DNA of 64,000 bases, taken from an uncultured Eubacteriales bacterium (lineage in GTDB: Bacteria; Bacillota; Clostridia; Christensenellales; Aristaeellaceae). A program made the translations under genes and the position numbers. Numbering within the stretch: position 1 is the first letter of the stretch; each line of letters opens with the position of its first letter. Positions 46,534-55,389 of the stretch are shown piece after piece. The DNA is taken from contig CACYZW010000019.1 of NCBI GenBank assembly GCA_902778995.1, forward strand, positions 3,508 through 67,507. Reading direction: 5' to 3'. The notes under the pieces are model-generated. The model ran no database searches and was not told the origin of the DNA. It was given only the letters and a program-made list of their open reading frames with translations.

Positions 46534-47041
46534 CGCCGGGAGGATGCGCGTCTCCTTCGACCTGGACGAGGTGCTCTTCGTATCGCCCGAAACCCACAAG
46601 ACCGAGCCCCCGCCGGTATTTCCCCTGAACAACCTGTTCAGGGAGCGGCTTCGGCTGGGCACGCCGGAGCTCATCAACGGGCTGCAAAAGATGGGCTATG
46701 AGGTTTGGATCTACACATCCTCCTTTCGATCCGAGCGCTACATCAAGACCCTTTTCAGGCTATACGGCGTCCACTTCGACGGCATCGTCAACGCCACGCG
46801 CCATCTGAAGGAGGTTCAGGGCAACCGCAGCTACAGGCTGCCCCAGAAGATGCCGAACCATTACAAGATCTCGCTGCACGTTGACGACGAATCGGTCATC
46901 TGCGCCTCTGGTCGGCAGTACGGCTTTCGCACCTACCAGCTCGACGCCCAGGACGACGATTGGAAGGAAAAGATCATACAGCGCGCCGAGGAAATCAAGC
47001 GCATGGATCATCCGGAGCTGCTTGCGCAGGAGGATGAATGA
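46517..47041 (+). CDS. HAD-like phosphatase, paralog of the C-terminal domain of the upstream gene
   Basis: SFDLDEVLF, VWIYTSS, HVDDE. Collinear similarity with residues from about 150 to the end of the preceding protein. Overlaps its stop codon. Confidence 0.65.
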   Translation: MKDKHSAGRMRVSFDLDEVLFVSPETHKTEPPPVFPLNNLFRERLRLGTPELINGLQKMGYEVWIYTSSFRSERYIKTLFRLYGVHFDGIVNATRHLKEVQGNRSYRLPQKMPNHYKISLHVDDESVICASGRQYGFRTYQLDAQDDDWKEKIIQRAEEIKRMDHPELLAQEDE

Positions 47042-47115
47042 TGCCAAAAGGCATTTGTCCGGGGCCCCTTGAATTGGCTCCGCGAGCCGGCTTCCCCTGA
47101 TGGCGAGCCGGGGAA

Positions 47116-47392
47116 TTAAGGAAACGCCGCATAATCGAACGGTACAGCAGCAGAACGTCCTTCAGCCGTTTGCTGCTGTCAGGATGTTGACAAAGTCAAC
47201 AGACTGCAGGCCGCTGAAAAAGGCTGCAAGGCAAGGCGGCGAGCCTGCAAAAAAGGGAGTTTACCCCGTCGTAAATCTTCCGCTCTTCTTTCGGAAGGAT
47301 TTTCTGCGTTTGCGGCCTTTGTCAGCGGTCTGACTGCAGCAGAACGGCCTTCAGCCGTCTGCTGCTTTATCCATTGTGCGGCGTTTCTTTGG
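47116..47392. repeat. Family-1-related composite element, copy D (about 277 bp), carrying the M2 module
   Basis: Left end TTAAGGAAACGCCGCATAATCGAACGG. Right end CCATTGTGCGGCGTTTCTTTGG, which is its inverted complement. Internal hairpins plus CAGGATGTTGACAAAGTCAACAGACTGCAGGCCGCTG. Confidence 0.8.
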
Positions 47393-47550
47393 CATTCAAT
47401 CTGAAAATGGTGTAGACGGGAACGGCCTGTTTGTGCTATAATGTTAATTGTTGGCGTATACGGCAGGATTGCGTGGGTTTGATTCCCACAACATCCATCG
47501 TTTTTTTGAAGCCTGCCCGTCCTTCACCCAACCGAAAAGGATGCGATGCC

Positions 47551-48627
47551 ATGAGCTTTCTCGTTGACTTTTTACATCAGGATGTACCCAAATCGGGCAG
47601 GAAAATGCCCGCGTACTATCGCAAGGCGCTGCGCATCAGCGAAGCGATACTCACGCTTTATTATATGCTTGGCGTGTCGATGTACGTCCTGAAGATCGGA
47701 AGAGGGGCATGGCCGTCCATATTGGTGCTTGGCGGATCGATTTTGGCGTTTCTGAGCGTCGATTTCATGAGCGCGCGGCTGAATCTCGCCGTCCTTTCCG
47801 CCCTCATCTGCGTGTGGTTCGGCTGGTTTGTCCACACGTTCGGCTGGTCCGCCGGAATCCCGACCACGCTGGTACCCATACTGGCACTGGTCTTTTTCAA
47901 CATCTATGAGCCGCCCGGGCGCAAGCTCGCCTACTGCCTGGGATTGATCGCGTTGCGCGTGCTGGCTTTTGCGTATTCATTGAATCACACGCCCCTCTAC
48001 ACGCTGGATCATACCGCCAATCACACCCTGCATCTCGTCAACAGCCTTGTCCCCCTGTTGATCCTGACACTCGATTGCATTCTCTTCAGTTCGAGCGTAC
48101 AGGCCAGCGAAAGGGAGCTGGCCCTCAACAATCAGGCCCTTCACAAGGAGGCGGGAACCGATGCCCTGACAGGGCTGCCGAACCGCCGCACCCTGCTGGA
48201 CACCATCGATGCATTCCGCCGCGACAAACCCGATTCAACGTTCAGCATCGCCCTCGCGGACATCGATTTCTTCAAAAGGGTCAACGACACCTACGGACAC
48301 AACTGCGGGGATTACACGCTGCAGGCGCTTTCCAGGCTGTTCCAGTCCCACGCCGAAGGAAAATACAGCGTATGTCGCTGGGGCGGCGAGGAATTCTGCT
48401 TCTTCCTGCCCGACATGAACCTCGACCAGGCCGGAGAAGCCATGGACGAGCTGCACAGCGCAGTCAGAAAGCTGCCTCTGCATTTCGGCGACGTCGATTT
48501 CTCCGTCACGATCACCATCGGCGTGGAGGAATATGACTTTCAGTCGCCCACCAAGGTCATTGTGGAACACGCGGACCGAAAGCTCTATACGGGCAAGGTT
48601 CAGGGCCGCGACCGGGTCGTAATATAA
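47551..48627 (+). CDS. Membrane-anchored diguanylate cyclase (GGDEF)
   Basis: Five or six N-terminal TM helices. DALTGLPNRR, DIDFFKRVND, and the RWGGEEF active site. Confidence 0.88.
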   Translation: MSFLVDFLHQDVPKSGRKMPAYYRKALRISEAILTLYYMLGVSMYVLKIGRGAWPSILVLGGSILAFLSVDFMSARLNLAVLSALICVWFGWFVHTFGWSAGIPTTLVPILALVFFNIYEPPGRKLAYCLGLIALRVLAFAYSLNHTPLYTLDHTANHTLHLVNSLVPLLILTLDCILFSSSVQASERELALNNQALHKEAGTDALTGLPNRRTLLDTIDAFRRDKPDSTFSIALADIDFFKRVNDTYGHNCGDYTLQALSRLFQSHAEGKYSVCRWGGEEFCFFLPDMNLDQAGEAMDELHSAVRKLPLHFGDVDFSVTITIGVEEYDFQSPTKVIVEHADRKLYTGKVQGRDRVVI

Positions 48628-48640
48628 GGAGGCGGCGAAC

Positions 48641-50413
48641 ATGTATGTATTCCCGGATGATCTGAGAAAGGCCTATGAGTCGCTCAGGCTGCCGCTCGCC
48701 TTTTTCTGCGCGAAAGACGGGCGCCTGGTTCCCCTGCTTGTGACGGACGGCCTATGCGCCCTGCTTCGGGTTGATCGGGAACGCCTCGTCGGTCATCGCG
48801 AGGGCAACGCCTATGACTTTCTGCATCCGGACGACGCGGGAAGGGTCGCCAGTGCGCTCAGCGATTTTACAAACAAACGCGGCAGCTTCGACATCGTCTA
48901 TCGGGCCCGTTTCAGCATAAACGACGATTTTCATTTTGTACATTCCGTCGGCAACTGGGAAACCATGCCGGACGGCACGGAGCTGATGAGCATCGTCTAC
49001 CTGGACCTGACGAAATGCCAGCTTGAATCCGAAAAGCTCTATGAGAATTACAAGCAGTTCCAGAGGGATCATTTTTATACCGATCCGCTGACCGGCCTGC
49101 CGAACCTGAACTATTTCCGGGAATTTGCCGAAGACCGGGTCAAAACCCTGCGCCTGCAGGGCAAAACGCCGATGCTTTTGTACACCGACATCAATTCCAT
49201 GCACTACTACAACAATCAGTACGGCTTCGCGCAGGGCGACGAGCTGCTTCGGCTGATCGTCAGGCAAATCAGGCGCTTCCTGCCGGAGGCGCTGATCATG
49301 CGCGGGGCGGAGGTCCATTTCATCATCATAGACGCCTTCGTCAGCCGGGAGGACGTGGACGAGCGCATCAGGGCCGTCAACGAGCATATCCGCAGGGAAG
49401 CCCTGGGCAATACCACCGGCATCCAGGTGGGCATCTGCATCTACGAAAATGACATGCCCACTTCCGCCGCCTTCGACCACGCAAAGAACGCCCTCAAGCA
49501 AATCGGAACCGATCTGAATGCGACGGATCACTTCTATACCCACGAGGACGATCTGCGCTACTGGAACCAGCGCTATATCATAGAGAACTTTGACAACGCC
49601 CTGTCGGAGGGTTGGATCAAAATATACTATCAGGGGATCATGCGCCTCGAGACGGGAAAGACCACCGTGCAGGAGGCGCTGGCCCGCTGGGTGGACCCCG
49701 TGCGGGGCATCATATCGCCGGGCGAATTCATACCGGTTCTGGAAAAATACCATCTGCTCTACCGGCTCGATCTGCACATGGTGGAGCAGGTGTGCAGGGA
49801 CATCCCCACGCGGGTAGAGGCGGGGCTTTTGCTGCTGCCCGTTTCCATCAATTTCTCGGGACAGGATTTCGATTACATCGACGTTCCCGAAGCGCTCAAT
49901 CGGCTGTACGAGAAATACGGCATCGCCAAATACGCGGACAAGGGCTACTTCATCGTCGAAATCACGGAACAGGACATGGCCAGGGGCACGGAGAGCTTCC
50001 ACGCGCAGCTCAGAAGGCTGCGGCGCGAGGGTTACAAGCTGTGGCTGGATGACTTTGGCAGCGGCTATTCCTCCCTGAACATGTTCAGCCGCTTCGACTT
50101 CAACCTGATCAAGTTCGACATGGAGCTGCTGCGAAACCTGGACGATCACAACGGCGCGAACCGGCGCATCATACAGGCGATGATAAACATCGCCAAGGAG
50201 CTGGGCATACACACGCTGGTGGAGGGCATGGAGACCGAGGCCCAGCGACAGTTTCTGCGCGAGGTGGGCTGCGAGCTGGCTCAGGGGTACCTTTTCCATC
50301 GCCCCGAGCCGCTTGATTCCATACTCTATCGCCACAGCAAGGGGCAAACCTCCGGCGCGTGCGAGACGCCCGAGGAGCGCGAGCAGCACATCAGGAAGTG
50401 GATGGAGATGTGA
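48641..50413 (+). CDS. PAS-like, degenerate-GGDEF, EAL phosphodiesterase protein
   Basis: DPLTGLPN is present, but the GGDEF position reads RGAEVHF. EAL domain: QEALARW, DDFGSGYSSL, EGMETEAQ, QGYLFHRP. Confidence 0.85.
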   Translation: MYVFPDDLRKAYESLRLPLAFFCAKDGRLVPLLVTDGLCALLRVDRERLVGHREGNAYDFLHPDDAGRVASALSDFTNKRGSFDIVYRARFSINDDFHFVHSVGNWETMPDGTELMSIVYLDLTKCQLESEKLYENYKQFQRDHFYTDPLTGLPNLNYFREFAEDRVKTLRLQGKTPMLLYTDINSMHYYNNQYGFAQGDELLRLIVRQIRRFLPEALIMRGAEVHFIIIDAFVSREDVDERIRAVNEHIRREALGNTTGIQVGICIYENDMPTSAAFDHAKNALKQIGTDLNATDHFYTHEDDLRYWNQRYIIENFDNALSEGWIKIYYQGIMRLETGKTTVQEALARWVDPVRGIISPGEFIPVLEKYHLLYRLDLHMVEQVCRDIPTRVEAGLLLLPVSINFSGQDFDYIDVPEALNRLYEKYGIAKYADKGYFIVEITEQDMARGTESFHAQLRRLRREGYKLWLDDFGSGYSSLNMFSRFDFNLIKFDMELLRNLDDHNGANRRIIQAMINIAKELGIHTLVEGMETEAQRQFLREVGCELAQGYLFHRPEPLDSILYRHSKGQTSGACETPEEREQHIRKWMEM

Positions 50414-50451
50414 TTCTAAATCCCATCCCGCCGAGCGGATGCGCGATGAAT

Positions 50452-50481
50452 GAAAGCGGCGGCCTTTCGGCCGCCGCTTTC
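50452..50481. terminator. Hairpin between convergent genes
   Basis: GAAAGCGGCGGCC-TTTC-GGCCGCCGCTTTC. Confidence 0.7.
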
Positions 50482-50496
50482 ATGTGTCGGTTTGTC

Positions 50497-51156
50497 TCAA
50501 CACCCCTGCTCGCAGAACGTCGCCATCTCCCTTTCCAGCAGTCGATACACATTGGCCACCAGATACCCGTCCGCGACGGCGTGATTCAGCCGAACGGTGA
50601 CGGGCATCATCAGCCTGCCGCCCTCCTCGCGGTAGCGACCCCAGTTTACGATTGGTATATAATAGGGATAGCCGTCGGGAAGCTCGATGTTCAGCGCGTC
50701 GTAGGAAAGCCAGGAGATATAGGAGGCATCGAACCAATTCGGATGGTTTGCCGCGTCAAGGGCATATCCCCCCGTCTCCTTCGCCCGCTCCAGGTCTTCC
50801 AGCGCATGCCTGTAGAACGTCCCGTAGTCGGCGTAATAGCAGGTATACACCGGCGTACAGGTCTCCGTCTCCTCGTCGAAAACATACTGCGTGGGATTGA
50901 TCACGTCATAGCAAATCAGCTGGTCGGTCTGCCACAGATAGCCCATCCGATAGTCGTCCCTCGAATTCAGAACCTTCGACAGCAGGTACAGGAAATTCAG
51001 ATAGAACTTCGTACCCGTTTTTCTCGAGCGCTCGACCAGCGCGGTCACGTCGATCCTCGCCGTCATGGAGGTCGAGCATTTGCAATCCTCCGTGAAGTGG
51101 CGGAACACACCCCGCCGATAGTAGGTATTCAAATCAACAATTCGGTAGTCGGCCAT
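50497..51156 (-). CDS. cat: Type-A chloramphenicol O-acetyltransferase (CAT) family protein
   Basis: 219 aa. NHAVADGY in the place of HHAVCDG, so the second (catalytic) His is retained. CAT-like N-terminus (DLNTYYRRGVFRHF). GGGGAGAAAAA RBS. Confidence 0.75.
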   Translation of the reverse strand: MADYRIVDLNTYYRRGVFRHFTEDCKCSTSMTARIDVTALVERSRKTGTKFYLNFLYLLSKVLNSRDDYRMGYLWQTDQLICYDVINPTQYVFDEETETCTPVYTCYYADYGTFYRHALEDLERAKETGGYALDAANHPNWFDASYISWLSYDALNIELPDGYPYYIPIVNWGRYREEGGRLMMPVTVRLNHAVADGYLVANVYRLLEREMATFCEQGC

Positions 51157-51221
51157 TTTTTCTCCCCTTCTTTACCGTCAATACGACGGAACGCAGGGGC
51201 ATTGCAGCCCCTGCGCCCTAT

Positions 51222-51317
51222 GGAAGCACCGCATGACCGCATCGTGCAGCAACGGGATGGATATTCATCGATTTCAAGCTGCAGATTCAGCAGGCCTGGC
51301 GGTTATGGTGTTTTTCC
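51222..51317. repeat. Family-1 element, degenerate copy E
   Basis: GGAAGCACCGCATGACCGCATCGTGCAGCAACGGGATGGATATTCATCG... ...GGTTATGGTGTTTTTCC. The left half aligns with the left half of copy B. Confidence 0.65.
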
Positions 51318-51383
51318 TGATCTATCAATCCGGAAAGCCGAACCCATCCGTCCGGCTTCGCCGGAGAGGGGCTCCCCGGGCCA

Positions 51384-53639
51384 TCACGGCGTATAGATGT
51401 GGCTGATGGCGATGACCTTGCCGTTTTCGATGGTCGCCGTGGTATTGTACTGGTCAAAATCAGCGCCGTCGCCGGAATTGGTGATGGCCCCGACGATGTC
51501 CTTGCCCCGTATGATGAAGGGAATCTTCTTCGGGTCGGAGGCGTCGGTATACGTGGCGGATTCATCGACCACCAGCGTGGTGACGCCCTGCTCGGTGTAG
51601 GTCGCCAGATCGTCGTAGCCCGCCACGCGGTATGCGCCGGTATCCTCGTCCATCCACAGCACCACGCCGTTATCCCCGTCCAGGCCGCCGTTTATGGTCA
51701 CGGCACTGTCCCTTTCAACGGACTTAACCCCTATGGTCTCGCCCGCCACCAAGATGCTGTCGCCGACCTTCAGCGCGTCGATCTCCGCGGCGTCATACTG
51801 ATCCTGTGTGAAGACGTGCACGGCGTTCAGATAGATGCCCGACTTGCCGGCAAAGACGTCGCCCGGATCAAAGGCCACCGGCCACGTGCCGTCGGCCAGG
51901 CGGCTCACATCCACGTTGCGGGCGATGGGCGATACCGTTTTGACCTCGGGGACGCTCTCGTTTTCAAAGGAAACGGTGTTGCTCAGCCACTTTTCCCCGT
52001 TCTTGTCGTAAATCGCCAATGCCGCGAAATTCAGGTTGCCCTCGCCCCAATCCATGTCGACGGTAAAGCTGCCCGAGGCGCTGTTGGCCGCGTTTGCCCT
52101 CAGATCCACGCCGTCGAGCACCATGACCATGTCCTCCGATTGGAAATCGGGCTTCTCACCGAAGGTCAGCAGCAGCGCCGTAAAGGTGCAGCGCGCGCTG
52201 CCCAGGTTGGTCAGCGACCAGCTGTAGGTCACCATGCCACTGTCATCGGCCTTGTCTGCGGGCGTGACGGTCAGCGCAAGGTTCACGGGGCTATTGCCCT
52301 TGCTCTTGCTCTTGCCCTCGCCCTTCCATGCCTCGGCGGGCTGGATATCCAGCCAGGCGTTCACCACCGCGTCCACGTCGGCGGGGCGAATGACGCCGTC
52401 CTGCGCCACCAGCTCGTTATCCGCGGCGAAGGATGCAAAGGCCGTGTCCAGCTTTTTGCCGTAGATGCCGTCAAAGCCGCCCGCGTCGTAGCCCAGCTGC
52501 TTCATGATCTGCTGCATGGCGCGGATGTCCTCGCCCCGGCGGCCCCGCTCGAACCAGGGCTGCGGCTCGATGGCCTCGCGCTGCTCATAGCCGCAATCCC
52601 TGCAAACGCGAACGCGCTCGCCGGCCTCCGTGCGGGTCATCTCCTTCACGGTCTGCCAGGGGCCGAAATCATGGTTCAGGCGCTTGATGGTCTGGGGCCA
52701 GGCGACGCCGTCCGGCTCGAGGCCCTGATCCTTCTGGAACTGCGTCACCGCCTTCTCGGTGCCGCCGCCGTAGACGCCGTCCGCGCCGCCAGCATTCAGA
52801 TAGCCCTGATCCACCAGCTGCTGTTGCAGCGCGCGCACCTCGTCGCCCCGATCGTTCCTGCGCAGCGTGCCCTTGGGGTCAAAGCTCTCCTCGCCGCCGT
52901 TGTAGCCGCAGACCTTGCAGATCTTTGCCCGCACGCCCGCAGAGTGGTCGGTGGTCTTTTTGATGACCTTCCATTCAAACTCGTGGGGCAGCTTGTCCAG
53001 AACCTGTTCTTCCTCGTAGCCGCAAACCTTGCAGCGGCGCACGCGCAAGCCGGTCTCGGTGCAGGTGGGCTCCTCGGTCACCGTCCACTTGCCGAACTCG
53101 TGGTCCGCGTAGTAGTACTCCTCCTCCTCGTAGCCGCAGATCTTGCAGGTGCGAACCCGCTCGCCCTCCTCGACGCATGTGGCCTCCTCGACGATCTTCC
53201 ACTTGCCGAATTCATGCTCCAGCATCGGAAGCCGCTCCGTCTTCGTCGTGCCGCAGACCTTGCAGGTGTGCTCGCGCTCGCCTGTATGGGTGCAGGTAGG
53301 CTCGTCGATCACGCGCCATTTGCCCCACTGGTGCTTGCAGTACTTCGGGGGCATCTCGTCCGCCAGGTACTTGGTCAGCACCCAGGCCTCCATCTGCCCG
53401 CCGTGCTTGGTATCTTCCAACAGTATGGATGTATACTTGCTGCCCAAAAGCAAATTCCCGCTGAGCATGACCTTCGTGCCGCCCTTGAGCTTCTTGACGA
53501 CCTTCGAGTCCGGATCCGGTTCCTTGTGGGCTTCGAGAACGTCCTTGTTGACAAATTTCACGTACTCGCTGGCGCACGCCGGAATCGCCAGCGCAACCGC
53601 CAGCACCAGCGCCAGCATACACGCGATGAACCTCTTCAT
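51384..53639 (-). CDS. Secreted protein: SH3-like N-terminus, five Cys-containing repeats of about 35 aa, two PG_binding_1 domains, unknown C-terminal half
   Basis: Signal peptide. Repeats H-x-[FW]-G-x-W-x-[VI]-x2-E-x-T-C-x3-G-x-R-x-R-x-C-K-x-C-G. LQQQLVDQGYL..ADGVYG and MQQIMKQLGYD..FDGIYG units. GGGAGGAATGAGG RBS. Confidence 0.8.
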   Translation of the reverse strand: MKRFIACMLALVLAVALAIPACASEYVKFVNKDVLEAHKEPDPDSKVVKKLKGGTKVMLSGNLLLGSKYTSILLEDTKHGGQMEAWVLTKYLADEMPPKYCKHQWGKWRVIDEPTCTHTGEREHTCKVCGTTKTERLPMLEHEFGKWKIVEEATCVEEGERVRTCKICGYEEEEYYYADHEFGKWTVTEEPTCTETGLRVRRCKVCGYEEEQVLDKLPHEFEWKVIKKTTDHSAGVRAKICKVCGYNGGEESFDPKGTLRRNDRGDEVRALQQQLVDQGYLNAGGADGVYGGGTEKAVTQFQKDQGLEPDGVAWPQTIKRLNHDFGPWQTVKEMTRTEAGERVRVCRDCGYEQREAIEPQPWFERGRRGEDIRAMQQIMKQLGYDAGGFDGIYGKKLDTAFASFAADNELVAQDGVIRPADVDAVVNAWLDIQPAEAWKGEGKSKSKGNSPVNLALTVTPADKADDSGMVTYSWSLTNLGSARCTFTALLLTFGEKPDFQSEDMVMVLDGVDLRANAANSASGSFTVDMDWGEGNLNFAALAIYDKNGEKWLSNTVSFENESVPEVKTVSPIARNVDVSRLADGTWPVAFDPGDVFAGKSGIYLNAVHVFTQDQYDAAEIDALKVGDSILVAGETIGVKSVERDSAVTINGGLDGDNGVVLWMDEDTGAYRVAGYDDLATYTEQGVTTLVVDESATYTDASDPKKIPFIIRGKDIVGAITNSGDGADFDQYNTTATIENGKVIAISHIYTP

Positions 53640-53688
53640 ACCTCATTCCTCCCTGTCGATTGTATGTTGCTATGATTTTACCACAATC

Positions 53689-54075
53689 CTATTCGTCTGT
53701 AAACAGGCTGCCCTCGTATTCGTCCAGCTTCCGGGAAAAATATTCCACCTTGCAGCTCACCTTCTCAAGGTGGCGCTGCATCTCCTGCATGCGCTCGATC
53801 ACCCGTTCCCTGTGCCGCTTCAGAAGCTCGCACCGCTGGCGCAGCGTCTGGTCGCCCTCCCGGGTCAATTCCATGAACCGGGCGATGTCCTGCAGCGACA
53901 TGCCTGTGTTTTTCAGGCAGCAGATCATCGTCAGGGATTCCATGTCCTCGTCCGTATACTGGCGAAATCCCCCGGCGCTCCTGCCGACGCTCGGCAGCAG
54001 CTTTTCCTTCTCGTAATAGCGCAGCGTATGGGCGGTCAGGCCGGTTCGCTCGCATACCTCGTGAATGCTGTACAT
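53689..54075 (-). CDS. MerR-family regulator (NmlR/AdhR-like)
   Basis: N-terminal HTH (YSIHEVCERTGLTAHTLRYYEKEKLL), coiled-coil C-terminus, Cys at position 52. Divergent from an Fe-ADH gene. Confidence 0.85.
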   Translation of the reverse strand: MYSIHEVCERTGLTAHTLRYYEKEKLLPSVGRSAGGFRQYTDEDMESLTMICCLKNTGMSLQDIARFMELTREGDQTLRQRCELLKRHRERVIERMQEMQRHLEKVSCKVEYFSRKLDEYEGSLFTDE

Positions 54076-54093
54076 TTTTTCCTCCGAATACTA

Positions 54094-54124
54094 TTGACTT
54101 AGAGTAAACTTCAGGGTTTATAAT
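54094..54124 (+). promoter_or_regulatory. MerR-type promoter with a 19-bp spacer, upstream of the Fe-ADH gene
   Basis: TTGACT (54094-54099), 19 bp (54100-54118), TATAAT (54119-54124). Confidence 0.65.
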
Positions 54125-54185
54125 GTCAGTATAAACCATATTCAACCCGCTGTCAACACACCGAAAAAACAAGGAGGATTTCGTC

Positions 54186-55364
54186 ATGTTCGCTTTCAAT
54201 TACTTTACCCCCACCAGGGTGGTCTTTGGCAGGGATACCGAGCAGAAGGTCGCCGAGCTGATAAAGACGTTTGGCGGCACGAAGGTACTGATTCACTACG
54301 GCGGCGGCAGCGTCGTGCGCTCGGGCCTGTTGAAGCGGGTCACGGACACCCTCGACGCCGCCGGCATCGCTTACGTCACCCTCGGCGGCGCGGTGCCCAA
54401 TCCCCGCCTGAGCCTGGTCTACCAGGGCATCGAGCTGTGCAAGAAGGAAGGCGTCGATTTCCTGCTGGCCGTGGGCGGCGGCAGCGCCATCGACTCCGCC
54501 AAGGCCATCGGCTACGGCGTGGCCAACGGCGGCGACGTGTGGGATTTCTACGACTACAAGCGCAAGGCCGCCGGCTGCCTGCCCCTGGGCGTGATACTGA
54601 CCCTCTCCGCCACCGGCAGCGAAATGAGCGATTCCTCCGTCATCACCAAGGAGGAGGGGCAGATCAAGCGCGGCTACAGCAGCGATTTCGGCCGTGCGAA
54701 ATTCGCCATCATGAACCCGGAGCTGACCATGACCCTTCCGGACTACCAGACCGCCTGCGGCTGCGCCGACATCATGATGCACACGATGGAACGCTACTTC
54801 ACCAACGGCGGCAACATGGAGATCACCGACGCCATTGCAGAGGGACTGCTGCGCACGGTGATGACCAACGCCGAAATTCTGGTGAAGGACCCGAAGAATT
54901 ACGACGCCCGCGCCGAGGTGATGTGGGCGGGCAGCCTGTCCCACAACGGCCTCACCGGCTGCGGCAGCGACGGCGGCGACTGGATGACCCACAAGCTGGA
55001 GCACGAGCTGGGCGGCCTCTACGACGTGGCCCACGGCGCGGGGCTCACCGCCATCTGGGGCAGCTGGGCCCGGTACGTGTATAAAAACTGCCTGCCCCGC
55101 TTCAGGCGTTTCGCCGTGAACGTGATGGGCGTGGAACCCACGGGTTCGGACGAGGCCGTCGCGCTGAAGGGCATCGAAGCCATGGAAGCCTTCTACCGCC
55201 GGATCAATATGCCCACAAACCTGAGGGAACTGGGCGTCAAGCCCACCGAGGACGAGCTGGTCACCATGGCCCACAAGTGCGCCGTGGGCGTCGGCGGCGC
55301 GAAGGGCTCCGCCAGGCTGCTCAAGGAAGCGGACATGCTGGCCATCTACCGGGCGAGCCTGTAA
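54186..55364 (+). CDS. Iron-containing alcohol dehydrogenase (butanol dehydrogenase/YqhD-like)
   Basis: GGGSAIDSAKAI. Metal-ligand His motifs (DIMMHTMERYF, HKLEHELGG..HGAGL). Confidence 0.9.
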   Translation: MFAFNYFTPTRVVFGRDTEQKVAELIKTFGGTKVLIHYGGGSVVRSGLLKRVTDTLDAAGIAYVTLGGAVPNPRLSLVYQGIELCKKEGVDFLLAVGGGSAIDSAKAIGYGVANGGDVWDFYDYKRKAAGCLPLGVILTLSATGSEMSDSSVITKEEGQIKRGYSSDFGRAKFAIMNPELTMTLPDYQTACGCADIMMHTMERYFTNGGNMEITDAIAEGLLRTVMTNAEILVKDPKNYDARAEVMWAGSLSHNGLTGCGSDGGDWMTHKLEHELGGLYDVAHGAGLTAIWGSWARYVYKNCLPRFRRFAVNVMGVEPTGSDEAVALKGIEAMEAFYRRINMPTNLRELGVKPTEDELVTMAHKCAVGVGGAKGSARLLKEADMLAIYRASL

Positions 55365-55389
55365 CAGAAAGCGACAGGAGGTCTTTATC

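Noticed and set aside
48752-50389. 545-aa minus-strand ORF opposite the GGDEF-EAL gene
   Set aside because: It is a shadow ORF, whereas the plus strand carries intact EAL motifs.
51399-53675. 758-aa plus-strand ORF opposite the Cys-repeat/PG-binding gene
   Set aside because: It is a shadow ORF with no motifs, and the opposite strand has a signal peptide, an RBS and recognisable repeats.
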